The notes: generated from the letters alone by a model not told the origin. 64,000 nt of DNA from Catajapyx aquilonaris (GCA_000934665.2 JYFJ02000935.1:1-64000), one strand, 5' to 3'. Shown: positions 1-14,466, counted from the first letter of the stretch. A program made the numbers and translations.

Positions 1-200
1 GTCAGGGGATAGGCGGTAAAACATTTAGGCTGTCAGGGCTTTTGGCTGTCAGGGCTTTTGGCTGTCAGGGGATCGGCGGTAAGAGAGTTTTGCTGGCAGG
101 GCTTTTGGCTGTCAGGGCTTTTGGCTGTCAGGGAATTGGCGGTAAAAGATTTTGGCTGTCAGGGCTTTTGGCTGTCATCGTTTTTGGCTGTCAGGCAGGC
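1..200. repeat. 16-bp tandem repeat (TTTTGGCTGTCAGGGC) with a 63-bp higher-order period; probably the subterminal array of a DNA transposon/MITE cut by the window edge
   Basis: The unit GGCTGTCAGGG recurs, and the variant block GTCAGGG-x-AT-x-GGCGGTAA occurs at 1, 64 and 127. It explains the repetitive ORFs 42..254 and 58..396. Transposon origin is inference. Confidence 0.85.
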
Positions 201-3200
201 GACCCGTTTTGTACCTATAAAGTTCAGCGTCAGTCCGGTAGGGTCGCCAGTTAAACGGAGAGTGAAATGTCTCATGGCGCTCTCAAGTGAGCACCTTCTG
301 CAAAACTCGTCGGCAGGGGGTAGGTGGGAGTGTCCAGACCTTATCTTCTATGGCCGTGATATCGAGAGTGGTGGAAGAGGTGACAGAGCGTTTTGAGAGG
401 TTCCTTGCGATATTTTAAGAAGGAACCTTGGCCATTACAGAGAGTTTTTAAACACACATGTCTTCAATATGGATCATCATGAGGGTTTTCCACCTTTTAT
501 CTACATGGGTTGCCTAAAGCACAGGATATACCCTGCCGTATAACCTTGGAGATAATGTACAATATCCATAAAGTAGTCAAAATATCCAAATTCATCTAGG
601 ATATTTTCTTCTTGGAGCCTACGTGTCAATTTTGAAACAACCTCTGAGGAAAAAAGGCAAAAACCAATTCCAATAATAGCCAGTAAGGTTGCATAACTAT
701 TGTATCTTCTAACATCTACTTCTACTTCTTAACATACGTACTAAAGCCTTTAAAAGAGTTAGTACATCATTTCCGATGCAGTTGGCTTTGTTTCCAATGA
801 GCAGAGTAAATATCCACTTGATTGTCCATCGTTATTGGACCAATCCTCGACTTGCCTTACAGAACCCTCACACTTAATTTCCGGGAGTACCGCTGCTACC
901 TGAGGGTACTTGACCTGGCGTGACCTGCGAGGCTCGACTATTCCCCGAAATGATGCAATCTTGCCGCACTTGAGACTTTCAAGGCAATCGAGAACGAAGC
1001 TATACGTAGTTTGAGCAGGAAGGGAAACTGCGCGTCTCGAAACTTACGAGTACAAAACTCATTGGGGTACAAAATCACCCAAGGACCTTATTACTCTACC
1101 TTGGGGTGTGTAAGTGGCCTGCCATGTTTCAACTTGCCAGAAAGCTGTAATTACTCCGTACGCCAAAGTAAGGGTCTATAATATTTCTGCGCATAATCAG
1201 TTTCCGCGGATCAAGTTGGGAGCTCACTTGATGACTGCAGAATCCAATCTCCAGGTCAGGATATTGTTTCGCACAGGCGAATGAAGACTCATGTATCATC
1301 ACGTTATCTGACAGACTACAGAGAGAAAAAAAGGAAGCTCATAAAATAGACATCAAACATACATCGCCCTGATGTGTTGCCTGTTTGGGCCAGAGGGAGC
1401 TTAGCGCAGTCGAATGTGACAGCTCTTAACGTATTTGGCGTAATATTGCTCACGACAGGTGTGTGTATATAATTTTTGCAATGCAATTGCGCAGCGTTGA
1501 AAAATATTTTTCATCGCCGACCCTCGCTGCTGAGAAAGCATGCCATCATAGTTTATTGGCTTTCTTGGCAGACGGAAAGACGGAAATACTTGAAATCAGA
1601 TTTGAAGGAGCTTCCTTTCTAAGAGGGGCTTCCCAGAGTTCATGTACTATAAATCCCATTTAATCCCGGGAAAGCAAAAAAAAAATAGATATACCGTGCA
1701 GACGAAAAGGGAAATCCGGCCTGTGTTTCTTCCTGCCGACACCGATTTCGTCAAAATCACTTCAGCCCACCCCTTATTTAACGTCCATCCTGGAACGAAC
1801 AGGCAGGAAGATCCTCCTAATTCCTAACACGTACCACCTTCCCCGGATATTCCCACCCCCATTCCGGCCAGAAAGGTGATCTGATCACTTGAAGGTGTAC
1901 AATTGGAACGCAACGAATGTGTGCATGTGGATGGGCGTGTGTGTGTGTCGCTCATCATCCTCCTCTACCTCAGCACCAGTGGCCGATAATCAGTCATTAG
2001 GGATTCCGGAGGGGAATCCCCTGGAGTTGGTGGGCCATGGGAGGTCCAATCGCAGAAAAGCTGCGACGCAATCACCCCCTCCCGGCTCTCCCTCAGCCCC
2101 CTCGTTGTCTGCAGACGTGCGCGGCTCTAATGGAGGCGGATGGCAATCGCAAGAAGATCCGGGAAATGACTACCGGACTGCACTCCTTTCCATTACCACC
2201 CCTGCGCGCATCTCCCCTTGCCCTCCTCTTCAAAAACCTAGTCCTCGTACGTGACGCTCCCACCCACACTCTTACTGTCACTCCAAACTAGTGTTGACGT
2301 GCCCAGGTACTTCAACTATAACAATGCGTAATGGTGTTTTACCCGATCGGGGGTGTTTATCCCCATAGGTCGAACTGTCGTTCGTTCCTTTCATATCGGA
2401 GTGCAAATAAGCTCACTTGATCGTGGGTTATGATTTACATTATGCCTTGTAAATTATTTTTAGCGACTTTTCACTTGAATCTGGTCCAAAAAAATATGGC
2501 ATCTGGAAGTTCATGAGCGATTTCAAATGACGATAAAATTAATTTGATATGCAAAAAAGCGTTATTAACAAAGATATTTTGGCACTCTACAATATTCAGG
2601 ATCGACGCTACGTAAATCGGGGCCCCTGTACAGTGCATCAGAACAGCAAGCCTTTATTATTGCAGGCGGCCTAGACGACAAAATAATTTCAGCAGGCCTC
2701 CCACTACTTCAGAATTTTCATAATAATTATAATATAAAGCAAGGTACTGTACACTAGGTATTTCATTACCTTTATTCTGTCCTATATAACAATCGTGTCG
2801 GAATTGAATGGCCCAGTAGAACAAGGCCGAGATCCAAGGATTTGGAATAGGCATTATTGTTGGAATGCCCTTTATTTCGAGTGGGGAATATCGGTAACTA
2901 CATTATTGAGTTTGCCTCAAAAAATTTCTCTGCATACCCGATACCCCGACCAATTTTATATCATGCTCGATTTCACTTCTTGTTCTTTAACAACAAAATC
3001 TAAATTTATTCGTGAAAATTACGAGTATACTCTATAAAACACCATTAGTGTGACATAAACAAATGGCAGATTTTTCTAAGACTAGTATACTATAAAATTT
3101 CCTTGCATTAAAAAGATTCTGATCCTATAACTCAAGTCTGTTTAAGCCCTGAACTGGGTTGACTCTGTTGTCAGATTGCTGATACTCTGTGGAATAAACC

Positions 3201-4799
3201 AGGAAGCAACCCTGAAAGCTGAGTGCGAGTGTTTGTAGCGGGCTGAATCTGTCGACGAGCCTACCCGCAGATGGACGGGGTTTGAAATTCTAATAGAACC
3301 CTGACTATCCGGCGTCAATTTCAAATTGCGCTTAAACCCGATACATAATAAATCTTTTAAAATGAGTTTAAACTATTCTGGTTCTGATCATATCCTCCTC
3401 TAGACGTATCAGAATATTACAAATTACAATGATATTTTATTTTATTTCCAGTAACAAATGATCTCAATAAATATTCGATATCTTTACAGTACCGGTATTT
3501 CAACGTAACTGTTTGGCATGTAAATCTGTGCCTTCCGAAGCATTACGAATCCTATAAATGATAATCCCTCCCCTTCGAACCAACTCCTTTCATTAACAAT
3601 GAATCAAGTGGCAGCAATTAATTATAAACACATTCACCAGATTCCGCATTAGCCACACAATAGTTATTTTACATGCTGTGACAAAATAGCTGGTGGCTAT
3701 GGTGTTTCAATATTATCGGCTCTGTTCCCACTTCCCGCACCAGTTCTCCCGCGCTTTAAAATTCACTCCATGTATTAAAGAGACACAGTGATTAATTCAT
3801 TCTCCACCTATCCAGGACCCTATGCGTGCTGTTTAAGACCTATATCTGATTGAATTATTTCCGACATCTCATTATACTGGGAGGCATGAGAACGCTTGTT
3901 GCCGCAGAACGGATACATTTAACATCTGAATAATAAATGAAGCCCATTCACTGTTCAACAAACCGAATGCATGTTTTACCGGTGGGCTCTACCTGGCATG
4001 CCGGGAGCCACCCTTCCGGAGGTGCCCTTTGCATTAACTATTTACCACCAGTTTCCACTGACTACAGACAAATTTTTAATCCCTCTCGTTCCTGATAAAC
4101 GCTTGAGCAGTCGCAAAAAAAAATTGCAATCAGCCGACGAAATAAGCAATCGAGAACTCAAACTAAATCCTAAAATCGGTGCCGAATGAATATCTACGGG
4201 AGCTCAAACAGATTCAGAGAAAGTTGCATGCTGATGCTGAGCGCAATTTCCGTTGTTTCAAACTTATTATTCGCGAAAAAAGAAAGAAAACAGAGAAGGA
4301 AAATGCATAAATGGGGGTGGGTAGACAATGAACTAAACATGTTGACTAGAAGTTTCTAACAGATAAAGCCGCTTTATGCTAATCCATCAGCACAAGTTGT
4401 TCAAAAACTGGAATCTACATTCTCTCAAAGAACAAAGTCTCGAGAGATCCTTTGATCACTGAGGTTTCCTGCGCAATACTTTGTATGTACGATCCTACAA
4501 AATCTTAAGTCCTTTCAAAATGTCTAAATTGAAAATCCTAAAAGGCAGCGCAATTTTGTGTGTGACATTAATTCACAAAAAAGTCCAAACGGTGCAAAGT
4601 TACTCGTACTTGGCATTCTTTCCATCAGTCACGGTTATGGGAATGGGAATACACGTCAAATTATGGTTGGGACGACCTTTTTCCCCATCTGAAAAACTGA
4701 CCAATAAATTCTGGCAGTGTATTAACACTTTTTGTCCCCAGTGCTAGTAACTTGTCAGCATGTGTTATAAAATAATGCGAGGGGATTAATCAGTTGACA

Positions 4800-4890
4800 T
4801 CTTACCTGACCAGGTGTCACACACAATATCATGGCTCATAACACAGGACATCACTTACCTAAAAAGAGAGAAAAAATTATTTAGAGTGTG
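4800..4890 (-). other. Recursive splice site candidate C with 53-nt cryptic RS-exon (4858..4806)
   Basis: Minus strand reads CTCTAAATAATTTTTTCTCTCTTTTTAG|GTAAGT (junction 4859/4858) with about 40 nt free of AG upstream. The downstream donor is CAG|GTAAGA at 4806/4805. The exon has stops in all three frames. Confidence 0.75.
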
Positions 4891-5456
4891 GAAATAAACC
4901 TCAAATTATTAATGACACCACCTCACACTCATTTTTACAACACCGTATTATTGGTCAAATAATGCATTCTTTTCAGCAATGTTTTAATACCTCAATTCAG
5001 TGGTTGTGAAGCGAGGCTGTCAAGGAAAGAACTGCAGAACCATATTTGCAAACAGCTCCTCTGTGATAAGCAAAATGCAACACCATATTTGCCAGATTTG
5101 TGGCACCAATTTCCACGAACTCTGGTGCTAACGTATGACCTATTCCCCGTAATTGGTTCCATTACAACCCAAAGCGCGTTGTGATAGTGAACTACTACAG
5201 CTTAACCAATTTCCATCATGCAATTTCGGGAACCCAAGCGTGACCTGCATGCGACCTTTTGTCTTAACCAAATCGCACCTACTTGTCTTCTACACTCTTC
5301 TTATACAATCCCGATAATACCTCATTTTGGTGCAACCATAAATTTTATATCTTCATGTAACAGCGATTACATATATGGTGCAACAAGTGTAGCGATAGCT
5401 TGTAATAATTTATTCACACCTCACTTGGTGTTTGTATTTTTTTACACATATGAAAT

Positions 5457-5744
5457 GGGGGAGGCGTGGCGTGGCGGCCCAAATTGGTAATGACTCGGCT
5501 TGCTGAGCGGAATGTCCCGGGTTCGATCCCAGCCCGGGAGCTCCCTTTCGCCTGCGTCAGGAGGGTCTCTGACCCGCGCCTTGGAGGCGTCTGGGAACCT
5601 AACCTCCAGGGAGACTGCACATGACCCAGTTTCAGACATTGCACCAGCACCCGTGTCTCCTCCCCCAAAATCCCCATCTCTACCTCATGTCCTTTCTTCC
5701 CTGCACGGAGTTAGAAGAAAATACACAGAAAATTGATTAAAAAA
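5457..5744 (+). mobile_element. tRNA-derived SINE (second family)
   Basis: A-box-like GGCCCAAATTGG, anticodon-arm-like TCGGC-TTGCTGA-GCGGA, B box GGTTCGATCC at 5520-5529, GC-rich body and A-rich 3' end. No clear TSD, so ends are approximate. Confidence 0.7.
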
Positions 5745-8700
5745 CAGTGGTGCTCCACCCCCTAAAAGAGCTCTGTTCTCTCTCAACGTGGTAAATTAAA
5801 AAAATAAAATCCATATGATAAAATTAATGACCTGAATGGTTGTCATTTCTGCTACCGGTATTATATGTATTTACCAAGAACGCAAAGCATGGCTTCAAAG
5901 ATATGTGCATTTCCTGAAAACTTCCAGTACACTGCACAATGGAAGTCTAGTCGGATGTGCATTTTAATGGATTCCTGGACCTGTTCATAACAAATAATTC
6001 AATTCCGGCGAGTCTTCCGAACGAACCTTTCTCCTAGTATGAGGAAAGGGCCTCGGGATATAATGACGCTTCTGCGATCGTCCAGCTCAAGTCGTGCATT
6101 CACGTGGAGGATACCGTCCGCCTGCTGCACTTGAAAGGACTCCACCTCAAAATTACTGCAGATCTACGCAATCACGCTCCACATATATAGGTAACCGAAA
6201 GGACCTATTCTATACACGTGTGATAACGCACCTAGGCTATATTCACAACTGTCGTTCAGTTTTCATAGAATATTCCTTCAAAATATATTGTACGTGAATT
6301 TTACCCACACGCACTTACGCACATCTGATGCCGATACCTACCAACAATAAACACGCAGCACAAAAGCAAATAAATTGAGCATCTGAAGAAAAAAAAAAGA
6401 TACAAAGCCCAGTCTTCAAATCTGCCGTCGCTTGCTTTAAGAGGTTCCATTCTCAGTAAAGAGGAAAAGTGCTGGCGCGCGAGAACGGAACTACTGTACA
6501 GCAGTACTTTCAGCACAGCTTTTACGAGCCTAAATTTTGCCTTAAAGAACATTTTGCCCGGGAAATGTAGGTCGGAAGGTGACACAATGCTACACATGCT
6601 ATAAACGGAAATGGAAGGGGTGAAGGGGAGGGTTGTATTATCCTGACTCCCCGGCTTCCAAAGTATTATTTGTAAGCCCGACTACATTTTCCCTGATATA
6701 CTGTAAAATGCGAAAATGTCTGGGTTGCCATTAACGGATCTCATTTTTTTGCATACCTATTCTTACGAAGGAAACCTGTGGCCCTCGAGTTACATTCTTG
6801 CAGCCCAAAATTCAGCCCAAGATCCAGAGTGTGGAAAAATAACGAGGGGAAAAAGGGACAAGGCGTTGAGAATGATTAGATCTGGGAAGATGTGTCACCC
6901 CAAAAGAGATAAAAGTGGAAAAGTATAAAGCCCAACCCTTTTTCTGCCTTGTTTTGCTACTTGAGGCAAGAGGCAGGGAAAAATCCTTTTTTTTCTTCAC
7001 CTTCTTTCTTCTCCATTCGTCAGACACTCCATTTCTCCGCACTCCTTTTCCGGCTTACACTTTGGACTTTCTCGCGCCTGTTATTGCTAGAGTAAACCCA
7101 GGAAAAGATGAGACAAGGGGATTAGGGAGTGCTGTTCATTTCCAGGAGCCTGTAGGGCCTGAGAAATGCTTATTAGCAGACTTTGCCGAGACCCATTTCG
7201 GGTCAGTTTGATCCTGCAGATTCGCCCTCCACCTCTGCCCCTCTTTCCAGCCATCAAGGGAGAGGCTAAGGATTTATACCCCGCCAAGGATAGACTGACG
7301 AGCTTTTCTGCGACCCTGCAAAAACAATAGTCCCCGCTCACAGCTCATCCTATGGGATGGAAGTGGGGGGAAGGTTGGGACGCGGAGGGAGAGGGGAGGA
7401 AGAGGACGGGCTTCCACCGATTTGGCCCCGGGGAAAACTGATAAATGACTTGGTACACTTTGCCCACCACATTGGCTAATTATGATAGAGATTAAATAAC
7501 TAATTAGCGTGTCCAAATTCCTTGGGAAAGAGAAGGCGAAATTACCGCTGGGAGCACAATTTCCTTCCGCTTGCTGCATCAGGCGACGCGCTACTTTGTA
7601 GATAGGGACGCAATTTGTGACTTCCCAAACCATTTAGATCCGACTCAGATTACTCGTATCATATTACTTGAGACATTTCGCAACAACAACGGAGGACCCC
7701 CCAAAAGAATGTTAGCGCGGCTCGTGTGACTTGTTATCAGTTTACTCGGTAGTTGCTGACAGACTATTTGACCCTTAAAAAATAAATATGTGGTTCAACA
7801 TGCAGCCACCAGGGGCGACAATCGACTGCGAATTTATTAAAATATTTACATCCACAGGACCCACCCTGTAGCAATCACTGAATCCGGCCCAAATGGTGGG
7901 CCCTTTCATTAACACATGGCCTGGCCGCAGTATATACCGAATGATAATGAAAAAGCAGGCAGGGTCGTACAGGTGGCGCTCTACCAGAATTGCAACTGGG
8001 TGGCTTCCACGATGGGCCCACAGGGGAAGAAACATAAAATAACAAAAAAAGAGAGAAAAAAATCCGGTGCCAGAAATTCACTCAACTGCTTTAGCGCGCT
8101 CGTAAAGTCTTCCATGTCAATACCGAAAAGCGGTTTCTAGTCTGGCGTCGAAAAGAAAGTCTCGAGAGAGAGAGCTGGCAGTTGAATCTGAAATGAGGAC
8201 ACTTCCTTTCTCATTATTCATGCATCGAATAATGCATATAAAAATTCAATTTCATTCCCTCACGCAACCTATGCGCTCTGGACTACTGTAGGAGGCTGAC
8301 TGTGTCAGTTATTGCGTGTATTATTCATGCAGGACGGAGATACTAATGGAAACTACCTTTATGCGTATAGAACTAATTAAGGGTCCTGGGGATCTCCTGA
8401 AAGTGACTGTTGATATTCACCTTTTCCCATTGGGATTCCACTCGCTGACTGAAAGCTCACTTTTTAAAGGACTGCTGCACTGTCAATTTTAATAAGCGTT
8501 GCTCGTCAAATCAGCATAAAGTTGGGAATGCTTGCCTTGAATAGGAAAATGCTTCTCTTTATGTTGCGCTGTGCATAAATGCATATGCTGCTAAGTCACT
8601 GGATTTATGCCTGTAATTACTGTATCTACTAATTACTGGTCCTATCATTGGGTTAAGGAATATAACTTTCTTTTACTTTGTATCTTCTACACGCTGGCTC

Positions 8701-10941
8701 TATAAAGGTTGGATCAAGTCACAAAGTTTGTCATTTCATAAGTGATATTTGATCACAACGCGTTCCCATCCAGTTGCAGGGGAGGCTGTCGGGAAGTCAC
8801 TGTGATCGTATGCTACCTCATTTTTCATGAGTTTTGCAACGATGTGTAATAAATTACGCTCCTGGACGCACACGTCCAGAGGTACATTACAAACTTGTTT
8901 TCATGTACGTATTATGCGCTATTACCAATTGTTATCTTTCCATTATGCTAGCTGTCGTACGGAGCGAAAAAAGTTAAACCAGTACTGCAATGAGCCAGAT
9001 TACTAATGAATAATGACTTCATTTTGTACCATTACCAACTTTGGCAAGGCCTGACTATTCCCCACCCTTACCCCCCAGCAGCATGCGTTAATTCCAGTTA
9101 ATCTCTTTTGTCACTGGCGTACGTTGCTACTCTGCCGGTACTCCTACAAAGCGCTGTATTTAAATGTAATACAACGCTTTGCAGCCCTACAAATGAAATT
9201 AGTCCACTGGTAGAGTAACTCTTTGTGGAGGGGACCTTCTAATTATCCACAAAGACATACACAGGGTCACATATGGCAAAAAGCCACACATTCACATTTA
9301 CATACTGCATTACAGTATTCTGCTCCAATGATTTAATATCCCCCTTCTCGCACCATATCCCACAGCTTGATGGCAAAGAATCACATTACAATACATGGCC
9401 ATTCTATTGCAGAGATCAAACTCGTTCGAACTAAGTCCAGTGGGACACGGGATAACCAAGTTATGTAATGCACTTGTAGAGATCTACGTATTTCAAAGCT
9501 TCAATCATGTATCGCATTATATGTGATGCATGGAATTATATGGTCGCAGGACTAGTTAATAACAAAATTATTATCAATTTGTGCCAGGAAATTAAAATGA
9601 TCACTGGGAAACACTTGTTTTTCCTTCGGCACTGCCTATGTTCCATTACACGTTGAAGAAATATTTTGTCTAACTACTATTAATCATTGTTTTAAAAATC
9701 TCCGAGTCAGTCATACACTACTTCTAGTTATAATGTATTGAACTAATCTCAATATTATTGTAAAAGTAGGCCCTCCTGCACAAACTAAGTGTAACGAGTG
9801 GACACGTCTTTTGCACATTATTTTCAGGACAACAATTTAATTTCTTTACCATGAAACGAGTCAGAATCATCGATTATATTATATTGTGAATATTGTACAG
9901 TACGTAATATTACAATAAGTTGACGAAAGTATTTCGTTTCAAAAATAATTACTATATTCATGTTACGTCCTTTTCAAACAGTAAAAAATTCTGTGTGCCT
10001 TTTACCTCCGCAGCCTCCAGTGCATTAGTTACAATTTTAATCCGCCGACTGCCATAATACCCACCGGAGTAAAATAAAACCTTCAGGTGGAATAAGTATT
10101 AGTATTTTACATTTTTTATGCCAGTGGGATTATGTAGTTGTAGAAGCCCAGTATATTTCACCAAATGCGAATTACAAATTTTTGATCCAGCATCAAGCAA
10201 AAAGGATACATTTTTTTGTTCAACTTACCCCTCCCCCCCTGACTTGATCTCAAGTGAACAAACGTATGAAATAAAATTCCTCGTCACAAAGCCCATGCCC
10301 GGATTATTTGGCCAGTTAAAATCACACACATGCACACGCTAGAATAACAAATCCCAAAAAGCGGCTGAAACCCGAGAAAAAAAGCCCGTTACAAACGACA
10401 GCCTATACACCAGCAACCTCCGAAAAGAAATGGCCTCAGTTGGCTGGACGTCACCCCTTTCACCAGCGCCCCCAAAGTGAACCATACGGTCCCACACTAG
10501 GCATCTAGATGCCGGAGCAAACTGACCAGAAATCCATCTGTCCTTATCATCCGAGACGAAATAAAGAACCTCCAGGCCCTCTCCACCAAAGGCTTTGAAA
10601 ATGACCTCCTAAAGTGAAGCAACTTGAAGAGTCGTTAGATCGCACCGTGAGGAGGGAGTAGGGAGTAAAGGGGGTAGGGGGGAGGGTGATGCGATAAAAC
10701 GAAATGGTTCTGGGCCGCTTCCACTTTCCCTTCAAAGCCGATGAGTGATTGGCAAGTGCAGACTCGGGTCCATCCTGTGGATGGCTCTTTCCGATCTACG
10801 CCTGATAAGCCTCCAATGGCACTCACAACCAACAGACCTTTCAGTTTATGCACACGGGGGTGAAACCAATAGCTGTGAGCTTCATGTAGGTACGATTGCC
10901 CCTAAAGCATCCCGCTAGGGTGTTATATAAAAAAAAAAGTT

Positions 10942-10961
10942 GGGGGGGGGGGGGGGNGGGG
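10942..10961. repeat. poly-G tract containing an N (10957)
   Basis: Seen directly. Confidence 0.9.
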
Positions 10962-13900
10962 TATAAAAAATGTCCCGACGGCTCCCTTACGTGCACAGAC
11001 ACAAGTCATAAATTAACCTGCCTCTGGCTATCACTGCATTGTGATGAATAGCGGCAATGATAACAGCTTGCCACAACACTCGGCTACCCAAAGGGCACGG
11101 GAATGCAGAGGTCCAAATTTTTAATTCGCGTACTAAAAAAAAAGGTCTGTTTTTGTTCATTGCTTGTTGGGCTCATCGTTCTGAACGTACAAAGTGCAAA
11201 TTGCACAAAGCGCACTGTAGGGTTTTTTTTGTAGTGTAATCACAGAAACGGATACCAACAAGTATACTGCATGTAAGGTTGTTTTGATCACTGGATAACC
11301 TGCACGTAGAGCTAGCTATAGTTTTCACGTAATATATGCTTTGATTTGTATGTATTATCGAGCACCATAAATTTTTTTAAATAAAGCACGTTCGGACTGG
11401 TTAGAAAATATGGCAAAAACTAACAATCCCGTAGCATGCGACATTTTATACAATGCATATTACAAAAGAGGTGTATACAGTACTGTACCTAAGAAAAAGA
11501 GTTCATTTCATAGAGCTTTGAGTATACAATTTAGGACTAATGTATAGAGTTCGAGAGTGTATCAAAATTTCATGGGTACACTTTTGGAATGAAAAATTGT
11601 CCGAATGGTACGGATCGGTTTCCGTTTGAAGTTAATAGGCCCCGCCAAAGCTCTGCAGATGAGAGAATAATGACATCATGACAGAGGGAGTCTAGACTTG
11701 AACGAACCTGACAGTCAAGCAAGTATTCTCAAAGGCTTGCCGGAAGGGGGAAAAATCTCAAATATTCATCTGGTCCTAGTGCATATAATACGATGTTCAT
11801 AAAATATAAATCACCCGGAACTAAAAACTCAAGAGTGCTTGTTTCAGTCAACAACAGAATAGTAAATAATTCATATGCAGAGATGCACCATAGCTGCACC
11901 AGAAAAAAATACTGTATATACAGTATATTCCTATATTTGAAGCCAGCAACAGCACCCAATAACGTCATATATGGTAAAACACATACGGGAATTTGACAAT
12001 CACCATGGCATGATTGAGTAATGCGGTCTCTTTGTTAGCGCCATGAAATGAATTTTATTGCAAAGTGCTGTTATGTGACTGAAGCGCACTGCGCTGACAA
12101 AATGGTAAATAATATTATGTGATAAAGTATATTACGACAAAAACACTACTGGCAGTAGGTTATTTGCTTCCGCCCAAATAGTTGTCCAGAGCCATCATTT
12201 TACCCATACACAATGCACTGTAATTTTAATATAACAACAATCACCCAACGTTTTTAACGAAATGTGCTATGCTATACCGCACACGCATGATACTTGACAT
12301 CCCGGGCCTACGAATTAATTGCCGTGATTAATGTGAATAGAGCTCCAACAAGGGATGTAATACGTTTTGGAAGTCAATAACCCCATTTCTACATTAATCC
12401 TGTTGGAAAGTTCTTTTCAATTAGCTACGGTCGCCCTTTGCAAACTCTGCTGCAATGATTAAAATGTCAAAAATGACGACTGTAGATCTATCTTCAACTC
12501 TCTGAAACTGTATTTTGTACAGATTATCCAATATTGTTCCCGACAACAAAGGGGCACAAAATTCTCTCAAAAGGTACTGTACAGTACCCACTCCATTTAA
12601 TAGTAATGAAAGCAGGCAGGTACGTTAAATTATGTAGATGCCAATCAGATATAACCATTACGTAATACCTGAAGCACAAAACGATGAGAGTCACACTGGA
12701 GTGATTTTAAGACACGAGGGTTCGAAAATTGCATTAGCTCTTTCAAACATGGAACCATTACTTCCCCAGAAAAAAACCAGACTTGACCATCATAAAGCAA
12801 GATTTAGAGCCCATATTCTCCCATGTTCAACTCAATTTTGGCCAAAACGTGTCTCTGATCGCTCATCAAGTCAAGGCTTCAAAAATATACATGAGCAAAA
12901 ATGAACATTCTCAATTATGAGTTACCAGTAACAGAAGAGGGTTTAATCATTAAGTAATGACAACATTTCGATACCAGTGCCAAGATTTTTTCCCCCCTAC
13001 CATTTATGTGCCATGATGGGGAAAGTGTTTTGCTCGGGGCCTCTTTATCACAGCCTGCCACAAAGATATATTGCATCTGTGTAGTAGCACATCCGACTTT
13101 CGTACGTTATATTTCAAATAAGAACAAATGGGCTATGATGCTTGATGCGTTCTTAAGAGCTGAGACTTTTTGCAATGTCCGGCCATGATTCACTGATGGG
13201 AAACATTTTCAGACTATGCACTCCAATCTGTGTAGTGCTTGCTTCCAGATAGTTAAGGCATCCTGATTCCCTTTTAAAATATTTGTAGGTATAAACATAG
13301 CATGTTTTTGGCAGGTTTTACATGGATTTTGGCCTAATTGCAGAGTATCATCATCCCATAATTTTGATATTGGCAAGGGAACATCACTCAAGCTATCGAG
13401 TCAACAGTTTACATTAAAATATCGTGATGCTCTAGTTGATAATAGTCAGCCACACGCTATTTTATTTAATTAACTGTCACCAGTAATCAAAATTTAGTAA
13501 TTAACTGTGACATCATTCAGCTGTGACAAATTAATACAGCAAATAATATGGACAGCCTCATTTTACATATTACGAAGGACAATAGCCCTAATCATTTGTA
13601 TTCTTGACCAACCCACGCCAAAATATAAATACATGTAATATTTTTTAATCTGCATCCTTTCAATCTGGCGATATGTGTGCATATCTTTTCAGATTTGTAC
13701 TAGACTGAATAAATCGGAATAAATCGTATGAAAATTAGTCTAGCGTGCAACAGCACACATTTCCAAAGGTACTTGAAGTTGTCCCAGTCTGATCTCCAAC
13801 ACGCTCCTGTTTCTTTTTTCTCTCTCTATCTCTCTCTTTCCCTACAAGACTCTTTGCAAGAGCTGTCAAGATGCTAGCGCCAGAGGGGAAAGCTTCGATT

Positions 13901-14466
13901 TTCTTCATCCTTAGACACAAAAGCTGCCACAAAAAGCATGCACCACGTTCCCAGCATTGCTTTAAAGCTCTAACAAGTGCTTCAAATCCCCTGCACAACT
14001 CTAGGACCAAGAGATTGCTTGACCATTACTCATTTCCCAGGCCTGTAGAGGAAAAAGGCTTGTACTGGGTGTAGTCAAGGTGACGTAATCCACTTGACAG
14101 TGGCGGGCCAAAACATGTGGCAGTTGTCTTATCTTAATCCCAACCACCATCTCACGGTGTGTAGAATCTACTGGCCCGTACACGATTCCAACCAGTACGA
14201 AATACAGTGTCTAAGAGACGAAGAAGAGCCCATATAATCCATAGAATTTGGTTTGGGTCTGGCTTGTGGGTATACACAGTGTACATGGTGTTTCAAAAGG
14301 TGCTAAATTCCTCTCGGTTGTAGGTTTTTTGATATATTCTAAAACAAAATTGCTCTAGTTGAATTTGGCTATTTCGACTCTATTACAGAAATTATCGCAT
14401 TTTAGTTGGGCAACCCATACGTGATGAGCCTACCTGCCTAGCAACGGTGCTTGGAGGATAATATAA

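Noticed and set aside
1..200. Repeat array as a CRISPR array
   Set aside because: Units are contiguous 16-mers without unique spacers, there are no cas genes, and the context is eukaryotic.
5465..5540. Functional tRNA gene (also the heads at ~14670-14745 and ~31803-31875)
   Set aside because: No proper acceptor stem or T-run terminator; the heads continue into SINE bodies, two of them with TSDs.
11483..11510. Minus-strand CTCTTTTTCTTAG|GTACAG as a ratchet point
   Set aside because: The regenerated donor is poor and overlaps a TACAGTACTGTA footprint-like motif.
14282..14420. TACATGGTGTTTCAAAA resembling a mariner-type terminus
   Set aside because: No partner TIR or transposase remnant found; too degenerate to call.
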